A stretch of DNA of 64,000 nt from a virus. Of the stretch, positions 37,617 through 48,382 are shown one piece after another; position 1 is the first letter of the stretch; every line of letters begins with the position of its first letter. The notes under the pieces are model-generated. The model had not been told where the DNA came from, did not search any database, and saw nothing but the letters and a program-made list of their open reading frames with translations. The stretch lies in IMG/VR virus record IMGVR_UViG_3300046786_000748, positions 40,994 through 104,993 of that record; one strand, written 5' to 3'. A program made the translations under genes and the position numbers.

Positions 37617-40600
37617 TTACGACAACACATTCTCCGTTTTAACTACATTAATGTTAGAAACATTAATGGTTTGAACAGGAATCGTATTGTCTTCCAACCC
37701 ATCTTGACCAACAGTTGTCATTTCAGTTTGTCTAGATTTAATATATCTATCAAAAGATTGTTGTATAGATCTAAAATATGAAACTGGTCTATTTCCATAA
37801 GTGTCAGGAGATCCTAACGAAGACGAAATAACAATGTTTAAATTGACCGTTTTTGGTTTGGATTCTTTAGAGAAGATGATCTTTTTATGATTCAAATGGT
37901 TTCTTGAATATCCATCAAATGTCTCATAGTATTGTTCAGCGTCCGAATAAACTATATAATAATTACTTAATCCGCTCCCTCCTGCCATGACAGACGAGTA
38001 GTAAATGTTATTGGTTTTAACATTAGGTCTGGACTTAAACGTTCCAACATCAAAATATAAAATTGCATTATCTGCATCAACACTAATTTTTGGTGAATAT
38101 TGAGGCAAATTTGGTTGGAACAATGAAGTCAAAGGTATTGTTAACGATAAGGAAGAAGTATATACCAAACTTTCGTAAACGACTCCCTTCCACACTTCGG
38201 TTTTATAAAGCATCACCGATTGTGAACCTACGGTTTGGGGTTGTGAATATTCGCCGACTCTATACCAAACGTTTTCTTTATTCCAATTCTTAATAAGGTA
38301 TCTATCGTCACTTCCAGAAAATTTCGTCTCTACTATTTTGCCGTTTTTATCACAATGAACGCCTAATTCATCCGGATTCTCAATATCCAAAATTATTCCA
38401 GAACGTATCGTTGATTTATAATCTTGAGTTGGTTTTCTTACTAAAGATAAGTTTATTGGTGCTGTTAAATTTTTCTCCAGACTATTAACCACGGTTGTTA
38501 AGTTTTCATCGGTTTTGGTATAATAATAACAATTCTTTAAATAGAAGAATCCGCTTCCTGTATAATAAAATCCAGGAGCTACTTGATTTCCTAATGAAAA
38601 TTGTGAAATGTATTTTATTTGATTTCCGTTTGGAATAACAATTGGCCATTCAGGATGATTTTCTATAGAGTTTATACCGCCAACATCAGGATATTGTTTT
38701 ATCCACCCCTCACTAACATATTTCAAAAGCGGTTTTAATCTAAGAAACTCTTTATAATCAACGCTTGTTATATTGTGTGGCCCTGGACTTAAGTAAAACG
38801 GTATGTTTTCATACATCTGCGAACCATACAAATCCTTATTCATTCGGAAATCGGCGGATATAACATCTCCACCAACACTTCCACCAGCGTAAACTTTGTC
38901 TAATACAGATACACTTTGTTTCCAAGGCGTGTTTGAACTTGTTGTGGCTTCACACGTATCAGAAGTGATGGGTTTATATTGATATTTTGGCCTTTCCAAC
39001 ACAGTTGGTTCAATTAAAATTCCAGTCAAAATAGTATTTCTAGATGGAACCAACTGTTTTACAGTTTCAAAGATAGACTTATCAAAGTAGAACTTATACA
39101 ATGTAAACATTTCATTATAATATGTTCTTTTATTTCCGCTTTCGTTGTAAGTCTCCCGTACATCTTTCAACAAACGATATCGGTCTTCAAACATCTGAGA
39201 TGGTTCAGCAATCAAACTCATTACACCATAATCGCCTAAATATCTGAAAATGTCTCGGTTTTTATAACTGTTTGGATCCGCAAATAAACCTATTTGATTT
39301 GAATCGGGAGCAACAAATTGATTCGGAGAATAAGTCGATCTATCGTTTGGATCTAATCTTGCTGCTAATTCCAATTCAGTTTTCTTTACCTTTTGATTTT
39401 TAAACTTATTCGGACCATAACTAGTTATCGTATAAGTTTGATTATACGAAATGTCTTGGAATTGATAAGGATATACTGAATGAGAAGTGTTGACACAACT
39501 ATCTACAGAAGACGACGATTCTTGTATTCCGAAGTTATGAGCCGTCATCCAAATTGAAGATGAATACGTTTCGTTTTGATTGACGATTACACAAGGATTT
39601 GCTAAGTTCAAATCCACTGGATAATCAAAATTCATTCTAAAATACAGTGTATCGTGCGTATCAAACGAGCCAGTACAACTGTAAGAATTAATATTGTTAC
39701 AATGATCGTTAAACGTATTATCAGATATAGGAGAATCCCAAATTAAAACTTTGTCTAAAATTCCTTCGAAACTAGAAGAACTTTCGTAATTGCCGAAGTG
39801 TAAAGTACCTATTTCCGAAAATTTAGAATTATATGTTTGGGTAAAAACATCCGATTTTGAAGAACTAAAAATAGTTCTTCCATCTTCTTTCCTTTGAGCC
39901 CATAAATCGTATTTAGTAGGAATCAAATCATCTGTAGCATTGTATTCAAAAAGTCCATCTGGATCATTCTTACGAACCATTAAATTAAAAATTTCTCCCG
40001 TGAATATAGGAATTGGATCTGATAAAAGATACTTATCAGATTGTCTAAACGGTCTTTCTGAAAGAGCAACGTAATTTTTTTCAATTACCAAAGAACCTTC
40101 TACAATGCTGTGACTTGGAAGTGTACAAATTCCTGTATCAGGAATGAAATTTCCATACATGTCATAGAGAGAGAACGTGAGTTTATTTCCTCTAGATTCT
40201 ATTAAGCTATATCCGTGGTTTGAATTCCATCTGAATTTACTTTGAGCTGGATTATTTGGGAACGAATACAACGTATCTCCTCCTGCTCCTTGTATAATTA
40301 ACGTTACGTTGTTAGATTCCAATCTTTCATAGAAATGATCGTGGCCTGTCAAACACAAATCTATTCCCCACGCGTTCCAAGGCCATTCCATCCAAGTTCC
40401 CAAATGGCCAACTACTCCGGAAGAAATCCAAGGATGATGAAAAACAGCGACCCTCCAAAGAATATTTTTATCGGATACCGAACTAGAAATTTGTTGCTTC
40501 AACCATTTAGATTGAACAGACGTTTGCGTTACACCATCTGGTTCACTATTATCCGAATTCAAACAGAAAAATTGAACGTTTCCTTTCTTAAATGTATAAT

Positions 40601-43370
40601 ATCTATGATGTGGTCTTACACTTCCCGTGTCTTGATCCCACGGAGACAGGTTTGAAAAGAAAGCGGTGTAGTGGTTATAATTTACATCTCCTGGAATATC
40701 ATTATCATACTCACCAATTACAGGGAAAAACCTATTAATCAATGCTCCAGAACCACTGACTCCGGTATAAGGATACATGAACTGATGATATAACCGTCCG
40801 ACGGTATCATCAAACGAATTTGTATTGGTTTGATAATTGTTATCCCCAGTGGTTAAAATAAAATCAGGATTTTCAGCAGTCAACGATTCAGCTACTTGAA
40901 ACGATTGTGTAGTTGCACCTTGTACAATTCCGTAATCACCAATAACACCAATTGTATAACTAGGATAACCCAATTCGAAATAAGCTCTACCTAAGTGTTT
41001 TTCTTTCTCCTTATAAACTCCCAATGTCCAATCGGCCTGATTATATTTGTTGTATTTAACAGCTAAAGGTATTTTTTGATTTACTATCCAATCTTTAGTA
41101 GTATCCAATGAAACCTTCATTTCTACCGTCTTTATAGTAGGAACAAACGCAATAGAAAGATATTCTCCATAACCTTTGAAAGTTAACATGAAGAGTTTTT
41201 CTTCAATCGTGTAAGAGGTTTTGTCCGTATCAGTATAATCCGTACCACCATATTCACGAATGCTTACTAATGTTGAAGGTATTCCATAACAAGCAAGAAT
41301 CAATTTGATACACTCTTCTGTTCCTTTGGTTTTGTAAATTAAAGGAAGTGTGTTAAGAATTCTATTCCACGCCTGTCTAGTTCTTTCATCAGCAGAAATT
41401 TCACTAGACCCACCTAAATTTGAATCCAAATAGTTATCAGAAATACTCAACGATTCCAATGAAGCGTCTAGTTTCCATCCAAAAGACTGAAGCATATTCT
41501 GCAACAAATTTTTGGAATATTCGTCTGAATTATCGGCTGATTTTTGGGAAGGCAAATACTTTATGTAAAGATACAAGTTGTCAAAATAGTGACCTACCAT
41601 TGACAAGAAAATGAGATAATCATCATTTCCAGAATCGTTAATGATATGTTCAGGAGTGTTATTTACTAAACTATCTCTATTGAACTTATCATATCTAACA
41701 GATTCATCATCCATATTTTCCACAAACGAAGCACTGTAAAAAGATCTGTCTGAATATTGATAATAACCCGTCTTGTAGAGATACGACTCAAATCCATCAA
41801 ACGAATCTATAATTTCATTCTTTTGGTCCTGTATAGTTTCTTTTTCCGATGTATAGTAAGGATATGAATATCCCGAACTAGAGTAATTTGTTTCAAGCGT
41901 AATTAAACTACTATCCAAGCCCGAAATGGAAATCATTTTGTTCTTGAAAATGTTGTGTCTCAACTCCGCTGATGAAAATATAACGAAATTACTAAACGAA
42001 GAATAATCTACGTTCAATTCCTTAATCTTTTTGTTTACATCAACATCCTGTATATTGGAAGCATCAGTTTCCAAATCTTGATAATTGAAGTAAGTGTTTG
42101 TATTTGAAAAGGTTACGTCTGCAACATTGGTTGTAAAATCTGGAGGAGAAATTTTTAATGTTTTGATTAAACCGCTTTCTTGTATGATAACGTTAAACAA
42201 GAACGGTATCATTGCTATGTTTGATACCCAAACTTTAGATTTAATTGAAAGTTCGTCTGAAAGAGGATTTTGAAGTTTGACGAGTAATGTTAATGGATCT
42301 TTTTCAGAAATCCGTTCATCAACATAAGATGTATTTAAAATCGGATTATATTTTCCACCTTCCCAAGACAAAGCGTTTTTGATAGGACCACGATATTTCT
42401 CATTATATCTAGTTTTCAAAAGTTCGTGGATTTCGTAAAAATAATACTTTGTAAAAACATCAAAAACGTATTGTCTGGCAGATTTATATTGTTCAGATTT
42501 GAAATTTATAAACAGTATATCCAATCTTTGATTTACCGATTTATCAAACTCGTTTTTGATTTCGTCAAATTTAAAAATCAAATCCGTCTTTGAAATTAAA
42601 AAGTTATTGAAATAAGTTCTTATGCCTTGTATTCTTACAAACGGATTGTTTTTGCCTTCCGATGTAGAATACTGAATGAAGTCTTCATATAAGAATTTTA
42701 GAAATTCCACGAATTTACCGTCACTTGGAATAAAGAACATGTTTTTTATCAAAACAATTTCATCTTCATTTCCTGGTTGGGAGTTTTTGTAAACTTTATT
42801 GTATGGACAATCCTTAACAAGTTGTAAATATAATGGTGAAACATCGTCCAACGGAACTTTGTCTAAACAAAAAGCATTATAATACTGAGTAGTTTGTTCA
42901 AACGGAATTAACTTGATTTCCGTTTTACTTGGCGAGATGTCTTTTATAACAAGCGGCGCCGTCGGCGTCCCTGCGAGGTAACGTGTGAGCTGATAACCGA
43001 CAATGTAGTTGCCATAAGGCAAATTAGATTGAGACAAATGTAACGCAGGCTCGACAAGAACCTTTTCGGTTTTGTACAGCGGCAAACCATACACAAACTG
43101 CCTATACTCATAAGGGATTGCTTGATTTTTGTTATCATAATAAGTTAAGATTGCAGTTTTGTATTCACCGAGGTTTTCAAAATATTTCCAACTTAACAAA
43201 TTCTCGTTTAAATCGTAAACAGAAAACTCTATAGAATCTTTTTCAGAAATTCCATACCAAAAATCTCCCTGTGGATTTTTAACAAAAAGTTGATAATCAG
43301 ATTCATTTATGTATGAACCTGAATCGATACTTGCTGTCACATTAGACGTGTATGGATACAAAAATGACAT
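37617..43370 (-). CDS. 1917-aa baseplate-type protein with inserted metallophosphoesterase domain
   Basis: RILNTLPLIYKTKGT..IK.IL..YGIP wedge-like motif; internal IGDYG / TGDNNY / HHP / GHDHFYER domain at about 40080-40960. Confidence 0.75.
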   Translation of the reverse strand: MSFLYPYTSNVTASIDSGSYINESDYQLFVKNPQGDFWYGISEKDSIEFSVYDLNENLLSWKYFENLGEYKTAILTYYDNKNQAIPYEYRQFVYGLPLYKTEKVLVEPALHLSQSNLPYGNYIVGYQLTRYLAGTPTAPLVIKDISPSKTEIKLIPFEQTTQYYNAFCLDKVPLDDVSPLYLQLVKDCPYNKVYKNSQPGNEDEIVLIKNMFFIPSDGKFVEFLKFLYEDFIQYSTSEGKNNPFVRIQGIRTYFNNFLISKTDLIFKFDEIKNEFDKSVNQRLDILFINFKSEQYKSARQYVFDVFTKYYFYEIHELLKTRYNEKYRGPIKNALSWEGGKYNPILNTSYVDERISEKDPLTLLVKLQNPLSDELSIKSKVWVSNIAMIPFLFNVIIQESGLIKTLKISPPDFTTNVADVTFSNTNTYFNYQDLETDASNIQDVDVNKKIKELNVDYSSFSNFVIFSSAELRHNIFKNKMISISGLDSSLITLETNYSSSGYSYPYYTSEKETIQDQKNEIIDSFDGFESYLYKTGYYQYSDRSFYSASFVENMDDESVRYDKFNRDSLVNNTPEHIINDSGNDDYLIFLSMVGHYFDNLYLYIKYLPSQKSADNSDEYSKNLLQNMLQSFGWKLDASLESLSISDNYLDSNLGGSSEISADERTRQAWNRILNTLPLIYKTKGTEECIKLILACYGIPSTLVSIREYGGTDYTDTDKTSYTIEEKLFMLTFKGYGEYLSIAFVPTIKTVEMKVSLDTTKDWIVNQKIPLAVKYNKYNQADWTLGVYKEKEKHLGRAYFELGYPSYTIGVIGDYGIVQGATTQSFQVAESLTAENPDFILTTGDNNYQTNTNSFDDTVGRLYHQFMYPYTGVSGSGALINRFFPVIGEYDNDIPGDVNYNHYTAFFSNLSPWDQDTGSVRPHHRYYTFKKGNVQFFCLNSDNSEPDGVTQTSVQSKWLKQQISSSVSDKNILWRVAVFHHPWISSGVVGHLGTWMEWPWNAWGIDLCLTGHDHFYERLESNNVTLIIQGAGGDTLYSFPNNPAQSKFRWNSNHGYSLIESRGNKLTFSLYDMYGNFIPDTGICTLPSHSIVEGSLVIEKNYVALSERPFRQSDKYLLSDPIPIFTGEIFNLMVRKNDPDGLFEYNATDDLIPTKYDLWAQRKEDGRTIFSSSKSDVFTQTYNSKFSEIGTLHFGNYESSSSFEGILDKVLIWDSPISDNTFNDHCNNINSYSCTGSFDTHDTLYFRMNFDYPVDLNLANPCVIVNQNETYSSSIWMTAHNFGIQESSSSVDSCVNTSHSVYPYQFQDISYNQTYTITSYGPNKFKNQKVKKTELELAARLDPNDRSTYSPNQFVAPDSNQIGLFADPNSYKNRDIFRYLGDYGVMSLIAEPSQMFEDRYRLLKDVRETYNESGNKRTYYNEMFTLYKFYFDKSIFETVKQLVPSRNTILTGILIEPTVLERPKYQYKPITSDTCEATTSSNTPWKQSVSVLDKVYAGGSVGGDVISADFRMNKDLYGSQMYENIPFYLSPGPHNITSVDYKEFLRLKPLLKYVSEGWIKQYPDVGGINSIENHPEWPIVIPNGNQIKYISQFSLGNQVAPGFYYTGSGFFYLKNCYYYTKTDENLTTVVNSLEKNLTAPINLSLVRKPTQDYKSTIRSGIILDIENPDELGVHCDKNGKIVETKFSGSDDRYLIKNWNKENVWYRVGEYSQPQTVGSQSVMLYKTEVWKGVVYESLVYTSSLSLTIPLTSLFQPNLPQYSPKISVDADNAILYFDVGTFKSRPNVKTNNIYYSSVMAGGSGLSNYYIVYSDAEQYYETFDGYSRNHLNHKKIIFSKESKPKTVNLNIVISSSLGSPDTYGNRPVSYFRSIQQSFDRYIKSRQTEMTTVGQDGLEDNTIPVQTINVSNINVVKTENVLS

Positions 43371-43374
43371 AGTA

Positions 43375-43815
43375 TTATTTAGTTATAGGCAGATATGGGA
43401 AAGTGACAGAGAAATCTCTTTCCGCAATTCCCTGTTTCAAAGAAATTCTCAACTCAAGTATCACTTGTTTGATAGCCAATCTTTCCGATTCTGTTATGTT
43501 TTCATCTACCATCTCGGTAAGAAATGATAACCGTTCTTTCAGTTCTTTATTTTCAGTTTCCAAATTGGATGATTCTTGATTTTCAGATACAACTACTGAT
43601 TGAACAGTTGTTGGAAGAAATTCAGAAAACTCCGTATTATAAAAAGAAGAAATCTTCTGATTATCGTATACATAATCGATTAATGGTATAGAAAGATACT
43701 GTTCAGTAAAATCCGTTGGAATCTTTTTGAAAACCAAGTTTCCGCCTTCATCAAACTTGTAATCATAAGTTCCATATTTCTGAAAGGCATCAATTTCCTT
43801 TGAAAAATCAGTCAT
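43375..43815 (-). CDS. Hypothetical protein in structural operon
   Basis: 146 aa with short coiled coil; tightly packed. Confidence 0.7.
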   Translation of the reverse strand: MTDFSKEIDAFQKYGTYDYKFDEGGNLVFKKIPTDFTEQYLSIPLIDYVYDNQKISSFYNTEFSEFLPTTVQSVVVSENQESSNLETENKELKERLSFLTEMVDENITESERLAIKQVILELRISLKQGIAERDFSVTFPYLPITK

Positions 43816-43819
43816 AAAA

Positions 43820-45970
43820 TTATCTTCTTACTTGAAATATAGCATTGTTATCGAATGTATAAACATTTCCATCCAAACACTCCACCTTGATTACAATTTT
43901 GTAATATCTCTCCTTTTCAAGAGCAGACGTGTTTAAATCAAAATAATGACCATCTAAGTCACAACTTATCTTAGTATAATTATCGAAACTGACTACAAAT
44001 TCTTCAGTTTCATTATCTTGAATAGCATAAAAACTACTGCTTGGAAGAAGTTTTGTTTTCACATAAGCCGATTGTTGTGATGCTTTCTCAAACGTCTTCA
44101 ATGGCATATTTTCTCTAGCAAAAATGTTTATTCTAGGATTATCACCGAAAGTATATTCTCTTTTTAAATTTTGAATAGTTATCACAAACGGTTTCTCGGA
44201 ACTTATAGTTGAAAACGAACTTCCTGTAATAACGACGCTGCTTGTAAAAGCAACACTTGAAGTTAAATACGAATGACTTCCAGTGAATGGAATAACCGCT
44301 GTCGCTCCTTTCAACAAACCGCTTACAAACACTCCACTAAACGTACCTCCTGAAAAACTACTGGAATAAACATATCCCAACAAACTTCCACCAATTGAAG
44401 AATTTTGTAAAGCAACTGTTGTCAATCCATGTAAAGTAGGGATGCTTCCTGACAAACCATAACTTAGAAAAACGTTTTCATTGAAAGACCCCGATAAGAA
44501 TCCCGTTATCATCGACTGACTTACTTCACCCTCGACCTGACATCCAGTAAAATCACCAGTAGTTAATGATGCAGATATAAACCTAGTACCGTTAATATCA
44601 AGGGATGATGTTCCCAAAATGTTTCCTTCTATTAGAAGTCCGTTGATTGTCTCTGAGTTTCCGTATGTTAAAATGGATGATCCGGAACCTATTACTCCAT
44701 CTTGGTCTGTTATTAAAAACGAGTTTCCGGACAAACTTCCATACGCTGTTTTTCCTGTTATAGAAACGCCGTTAGAAATACTTCCACTAAATCGGGGCGG
44801 ATATGTTGTAATCGTTACACTTCCTGTCCCAAAGCTTCCTGTTAACCAAACACTATCATCCCACGCGATATCCAAATGTGGTGAGTAAATAGTGTTTGTT
44901 TCTCGGCTGAAGAAGAACAAATGAGCATTTGAACCGGAAGGGTTGGTTTCTTCAGAACACATTACTATGAAACCATTGTTAGGAACTGATTGATTCAACC
45001 AAGCATTAACTATTGATGTCACATCTATATTAAGATCTGCGGATTCATAAGAGAACGATTGACTACATGGAATGTTATACCAAGTTCCTCCTCCTCTTAA
45101 AAACGATTCGCTAACATATCCATAATTGCCAAGATAATCTATAGATGATGTTATAATATCACTTCGTTGTGGAGTAAACCAAACACTTCCTGAATATTGA
45201 TTCCTCCAATTCCAACTTACTCCTTCGTTTCCACCAGCATCCGACCAATATCCATCACCTTGTACCCAAGTCTGAGAAATCGGAAATGTAAACACAGAGT
45301 ATTCAACTGGAAGTTCTCTTCCTTGAGTTATATACATCTTTAGATAAAACTTAGGATTTGTAATATCACCGGATACAATTGACTGCGAGATGAAAGATAA
45401 ATCAAATTTCAACAGAGAACGTTTAATAAATCGTCTATTAACTATAGATGTGTTTTGTTCATCTCTTATATCATCACCTGTTAAGTATCCAGTTAAACTT
45501 CCGGTCGCATCGTTTAATATTCCAGTAAATGTCGAAAAACAAGTTGTATTCAATGAACCAGATACCCAACCAATAATTGCATTCGCAACAATCGATCCAT
45601 TAAATCCCCGAAGACTTCCACTAAAATTGAAACTTGTGAAGGACGATCCTGTTTCATATCCAGTAACACTGCCGGTTAAACTTCCTGAAAAATATCCGGA
45701 AGAAAAATTGTTATATCCACCAACAATACTTCCTGTGGATATTGAAGAATACAAAAACGCAGAACCAGTAAATCTTCCAGTAAAACTTTCTACTGGCATA
45801 CCAGAAACATAATCGTTAGAATAAGAATATGTTTTAGTATAGTTAATTACTCTAGCGTAACTTTGGCTCACACCCACAACCAACATTTCATCGAGGCCGA
45901 AATTCTTATCAATTTCAGCCGACTTGTTGCTTACGTAAGCATCTTGTGTTGGATATATGAAATGGTGCAT
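43820..45970 (-). CDS. Virion protein with DNRLRE-like domain and SGS/TGS-rich inserts
   Basis: PTQDAYV....NFG.DE.L.VG, RSLLKFDL, WxxGxG, DVT.IV..WL....PNNGFI, FFSRE....PHL; about 25 or more [ST]xS motifs. Confidence 0.6.
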   Translation of the reverse strand: MHHFIYPTQDAYVSNKSAEIDKNFGLDEMLVVGVSQSYARVINYTKTYSYSNDYVSGMPVESFTGRFTGSAFLYSSISTGSIVGGYNNFSSGYFSGSLTGSVTGYETGSSFTSFNFSGSLRGFNGSIVANAIIGWVSGSLNTTCFSTFTGILNDATGSLTGYLTGDDIRDEQNTSIVNRRFIKRSLLKFDLSFISQSIVSGDITNPKFYLKMYITQGRELPVEYSVFTFPISQTWVQGDGYWSDAGGNEGVSWNWRNQYSGSVWFTPQRSDIITSSIDYLGNYGYVSESFLRGGGTWYNIPCSQSFSYESADLNIDVTSIVNAWLNQSVPNNGFIVMCSEETNPSGSNAHLFFFSRETNTIYSPHLDIAWDDSVWLTGSFGTGSVTITTYPPRFSGSISNGVSITGKTAYGSLSGNSFLITDQDGVIGSGSSILTYGNSETINGLLIEGNILGTSSLDINGTRFISASLTTGDFTGCQVEGEVSQSMITGFLSGSFNENVFLSYGLSGSIPTLHGLTTVALQNSSIGGSLLGYVYSSSFSGGTFSGVFVSGLLKGATAVIPFTGSHSYLTSSVAFTSSVVITGSSFSTISSEKPFVITIQNLKREYTFGDNPRINIFARENMPLKTFEKASQQSAYVKTKLLPSSSFYAIQDNETEEFVVSFDNYTKISCDLDGHYFDLNTSALEKERYYKIVIKVECLDGNVYTFDNNAIFQVRR

Positions 45971-45971
45971 A

Positions 45972-47951
45972 TTACAATACTGTTCCTTTGATATCTACGT
46001 CTGGATATTTTACTTCAAACACCGATGGGTCTAATGATGAATAAACGATTTTATTTTTAGTAGCCGAATCAATATCATACTCAACTACCGAATAATTTCC
46101 GTGATTAACATTCTTATTTGTAATCTTAACATTAGCAACTGACTGAACTCCATCAACTTTAGCTATTTCTAACTCTAACTGACTTAAATTTATAGATTGT
46201 GAAAAATTCCAGAAATCTACATCGAAAAAATTCTTTACTGATGAAATACAACTTTTAAGAACATCTTTTTTGTTATATCCTTTATAGACAAGAATGCTAA
46301 ACTCTACACCAATGTTAACGACATACCCATCAATAATATTAATACCATCTGTCATCATTCTGAATTTTTTTAGATATTTAATCAAATTTGCTGCAAGAGC
46401 ATCATTGATGGAAGTTAAGTTCTTATTAGAATCATAAGACAAAACATACAAATTTATAGAAAACGGATTGTTTACATCACATGATATTTTTCTAAAATAA
46501 TTGTTTAAACTATTATCATAAACGGTAGCAACGTTTTCTGTATCTATTGTTCCTGTCAACATTCTCTTGACATTAATGTTTAAACTATTATTGGTAATTA
46601 CTTGAGCTTTGGCAATGGAACCATACCTAGAAGGCATAGAGTAAACTCTGACTAAATAATCGTCTTTAGTAACCGACCTGTTTTGAGTTGGGAAATTCGA
46701 AAGAGCATTTTGTTTTATTTCAATGTCGGTTTCTGAATCTCTTCCTCCTGTAGCAGGAGTGGTATTGTTTACTTTAAAGGAATTCTTGACAGTGTTTAAC
46801 AAACTAACTTCATCAGGAGTCAATCCGTCATCAGAATTTTCAAACTCTACAGAAAGAACCGTTCTGATATCATTCGACGGACAATTAGATGTAATTCCAC
46901 CGCCGATGACATACTTTACAGTAATTACCGTGTTAGACGGAGCAATTCCATATGATTCATTTTTCATAAAATTGCTTGGGTCAAGCGGAACCCTAGTAAT
47001 ATCAATTCCCGACAAACCTATACCGACAGATTGGGAACTCATATTTACTATTTCATCAGTAAAACCTTCTGACCCTGCTCCAAACTGTATTGTCGTTTTG
47101 TTTTTATCATCAACATCAACAATAAATCTTCTTGGTGTTCTGAGATATTTCAAGATATACGGAACAGTATCTTTGTATTGAGATAACATTCCTTCAAACG
47201 AAACATCATTAGGAACTTCTGTTAAAATCAATTCTTGAGCAAGATAATCGACTTCATACCATTTATTATTGTCGGAATCTCTTACATCCAAAATTTCCAA
47301 CACATTATCTTCATCTAATTGAAGTTTGAGAAAGGATTGAAGTGTTCCCAATGTAAATTCCTTGGTTACAATTTTTCCACTAGAAATTTTTGATGTTTTC
47401 TTTACTAAGAAAAAATTTGGCAAATTAGAATCGTCTCTAGAATAAACCGTTACTTCTCTGGGAGAAAGTAAAGTATCTACAGAAAAATCCACCGAATCCT
47501 CCAAAATGTAAAATTGATTTGATGAATTTGAAAATTGAGCGTGTTCTCTAATAGAAAGCAAATAATCTGGATCAGGAACATAATTTCCTGTAGAATCCAT
47601 TATTGCTGGACAAAGTTGATACAATTCCACTTCCGCAGTAGCAGATTTAGATGGTTTTACCTTATACCCAAGAAACTTCGCTAGAGAAAGAATATTTTTT
47701 CTTTCTGTGGAATTTTGTATCATTCCTTCTTTGAAAGCTTGGTCAGTATAGAATGAAAGAACGTCGCCAACATAGGCTGCCATTTCTATAAACATCATGC
47801 CAGGAGAAGCATCAGAGAAATCTTTGTAGGAATTAGGAAAATATGTCTTAGCAAAGTTTATCAAATCTGTTTTAAGACTGGAAAAATCTTTGTTAACATA
47901 TTTCACATCCTTGCTTCCGGGTTGAAATGATTTTTGTGATGTGGTTGCCAT
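45972..47951 (-). CDS. gp6: Baseplate wedge subunit, T4 gp6-like
   Basis: KDFSSLK..LI......YKDFS..SPGMM.IE..AYVGDVLSFY.D, A..LGYK.K, TGG.D.E, QNRSVTKDDY. Confidence 0.88.
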   Translation of the reverse strand: MATTSQKSFQPGSKDVKYVNKDFSSLKTDLINFAKTYFPNSYKDFSDASPGMMFIEMAAYVGDVLSFYTDQAFKEGMIQNSTERKNILSLAKFLGYKVKPSKSATAEVELYQLCPAIMDSTGNYVPDPDYLLSIREHAQFSNSSNQFYILEDSVDFSVDTLLSPREVTVYSRDDSNLPNFFLVKKTSKISSGKIVTKEFTLGTLQSFLKLQLDEDNVLEILDVRDSDNNKWYEVDYLAQELILTEVPNDVSFEGMLSQYKDTVPYILKYLRTPRRFIVDVDDKNKTTIQFGAGSEGFTDEIVNMSSQSVGIGLSGIDITRVPLDPSNFMKNESYGIAPSNTVITVKYVIGGGITSNCPSNDIRTVLSVEFENSDDGLTPDEVSLLNTVKNSFKVNNTTPATGGRDSETDIEIKQNALSNFPTQNRSVTKDDYLVRVYSMPSRYGSIAKAQVITNNSLNINVKRMLTGTIDTENVATVYDNSLNNYFRKISCDVNNPFSINLYVLSYDSNKNLTSINDALAANLIKYLKKFRMMTDGINIIDGYVVNIGVEFSILVYKGYNKKDVLKSCISSVKNFFDVDFWNFSQSINLSQLELEIAKVDGVQSVANVKITNKNVNHGNYSVVEYDIDSATKNKIVYSSLDPSVFEVKYPDVDIKGTVL

Positions 47952-47953
47952 AA

Positions 47954-48379
47954 TTAAATTCCGTTAGAATCAATAATCATTTCAATTGTGTCGGTTTTGT
48001 TAAGAACCTCAACTGTAAATGTTACTGCAACATATATCTTATAAATATCAGTATCGTTGGTTTCTTCGTTCTGATAAAATTTAACATCAACTTTATTTAC
48101 AATGACATTTGGTATCCAATTACCAACGTCTTCTTTTACTATGTTTTTGATATATTCTGGTAATATCTCCGTATTTTGTTCAAACACAGCATTTTGTAGT
48201 CTACAACCAAACAAAGGTTGCATTCGTCTCTCTCCCGGTCTAGTCCTCAACAAATTGATGATATTAGTCTTTGTAGCAGTAAATGTATCATAAGTCTGTT
48301 CAAAAAACCCAATACCACTGTTTTGAATTGGTAAGGTCAATCCAATTGGTGTTTTGACTTTTATAGTTGATTGTGGCAT
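47954..48379 (-). CDS. gp25: Baseplate gp25-like protein
   Basis: NIINLLRTRPGERRMQPLFGCRL...FE, W.PNV. Confidence 0.9.
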   Translation of the reverse strand: MPQSTIKVKTPIGLTLPIQNSGIGFFEQTYDTFTATKTNIINLLRTRPGERRMQPLFGCRLQNAVFEQNTEILPEYIKNIVKEDVGNWIPNVIVNKVDVKFYQNEETNDTDIYKIYVAVTFTVEVLNKTDTIEMIIDSNGI

Positions 48380-48382
48380 AAA

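Noticed and set aside
42944-43138. Out-of-frame 64-aa ORF over the GC-rich patch
   Set aside because: No promoter motif or recognisable domain; poly-Arg arises from the GC patch itself.
45390-47181. 140-aa and 152-aa plus-strand ORFs
   Set aside because: Antisense shadows of baseplate genes.
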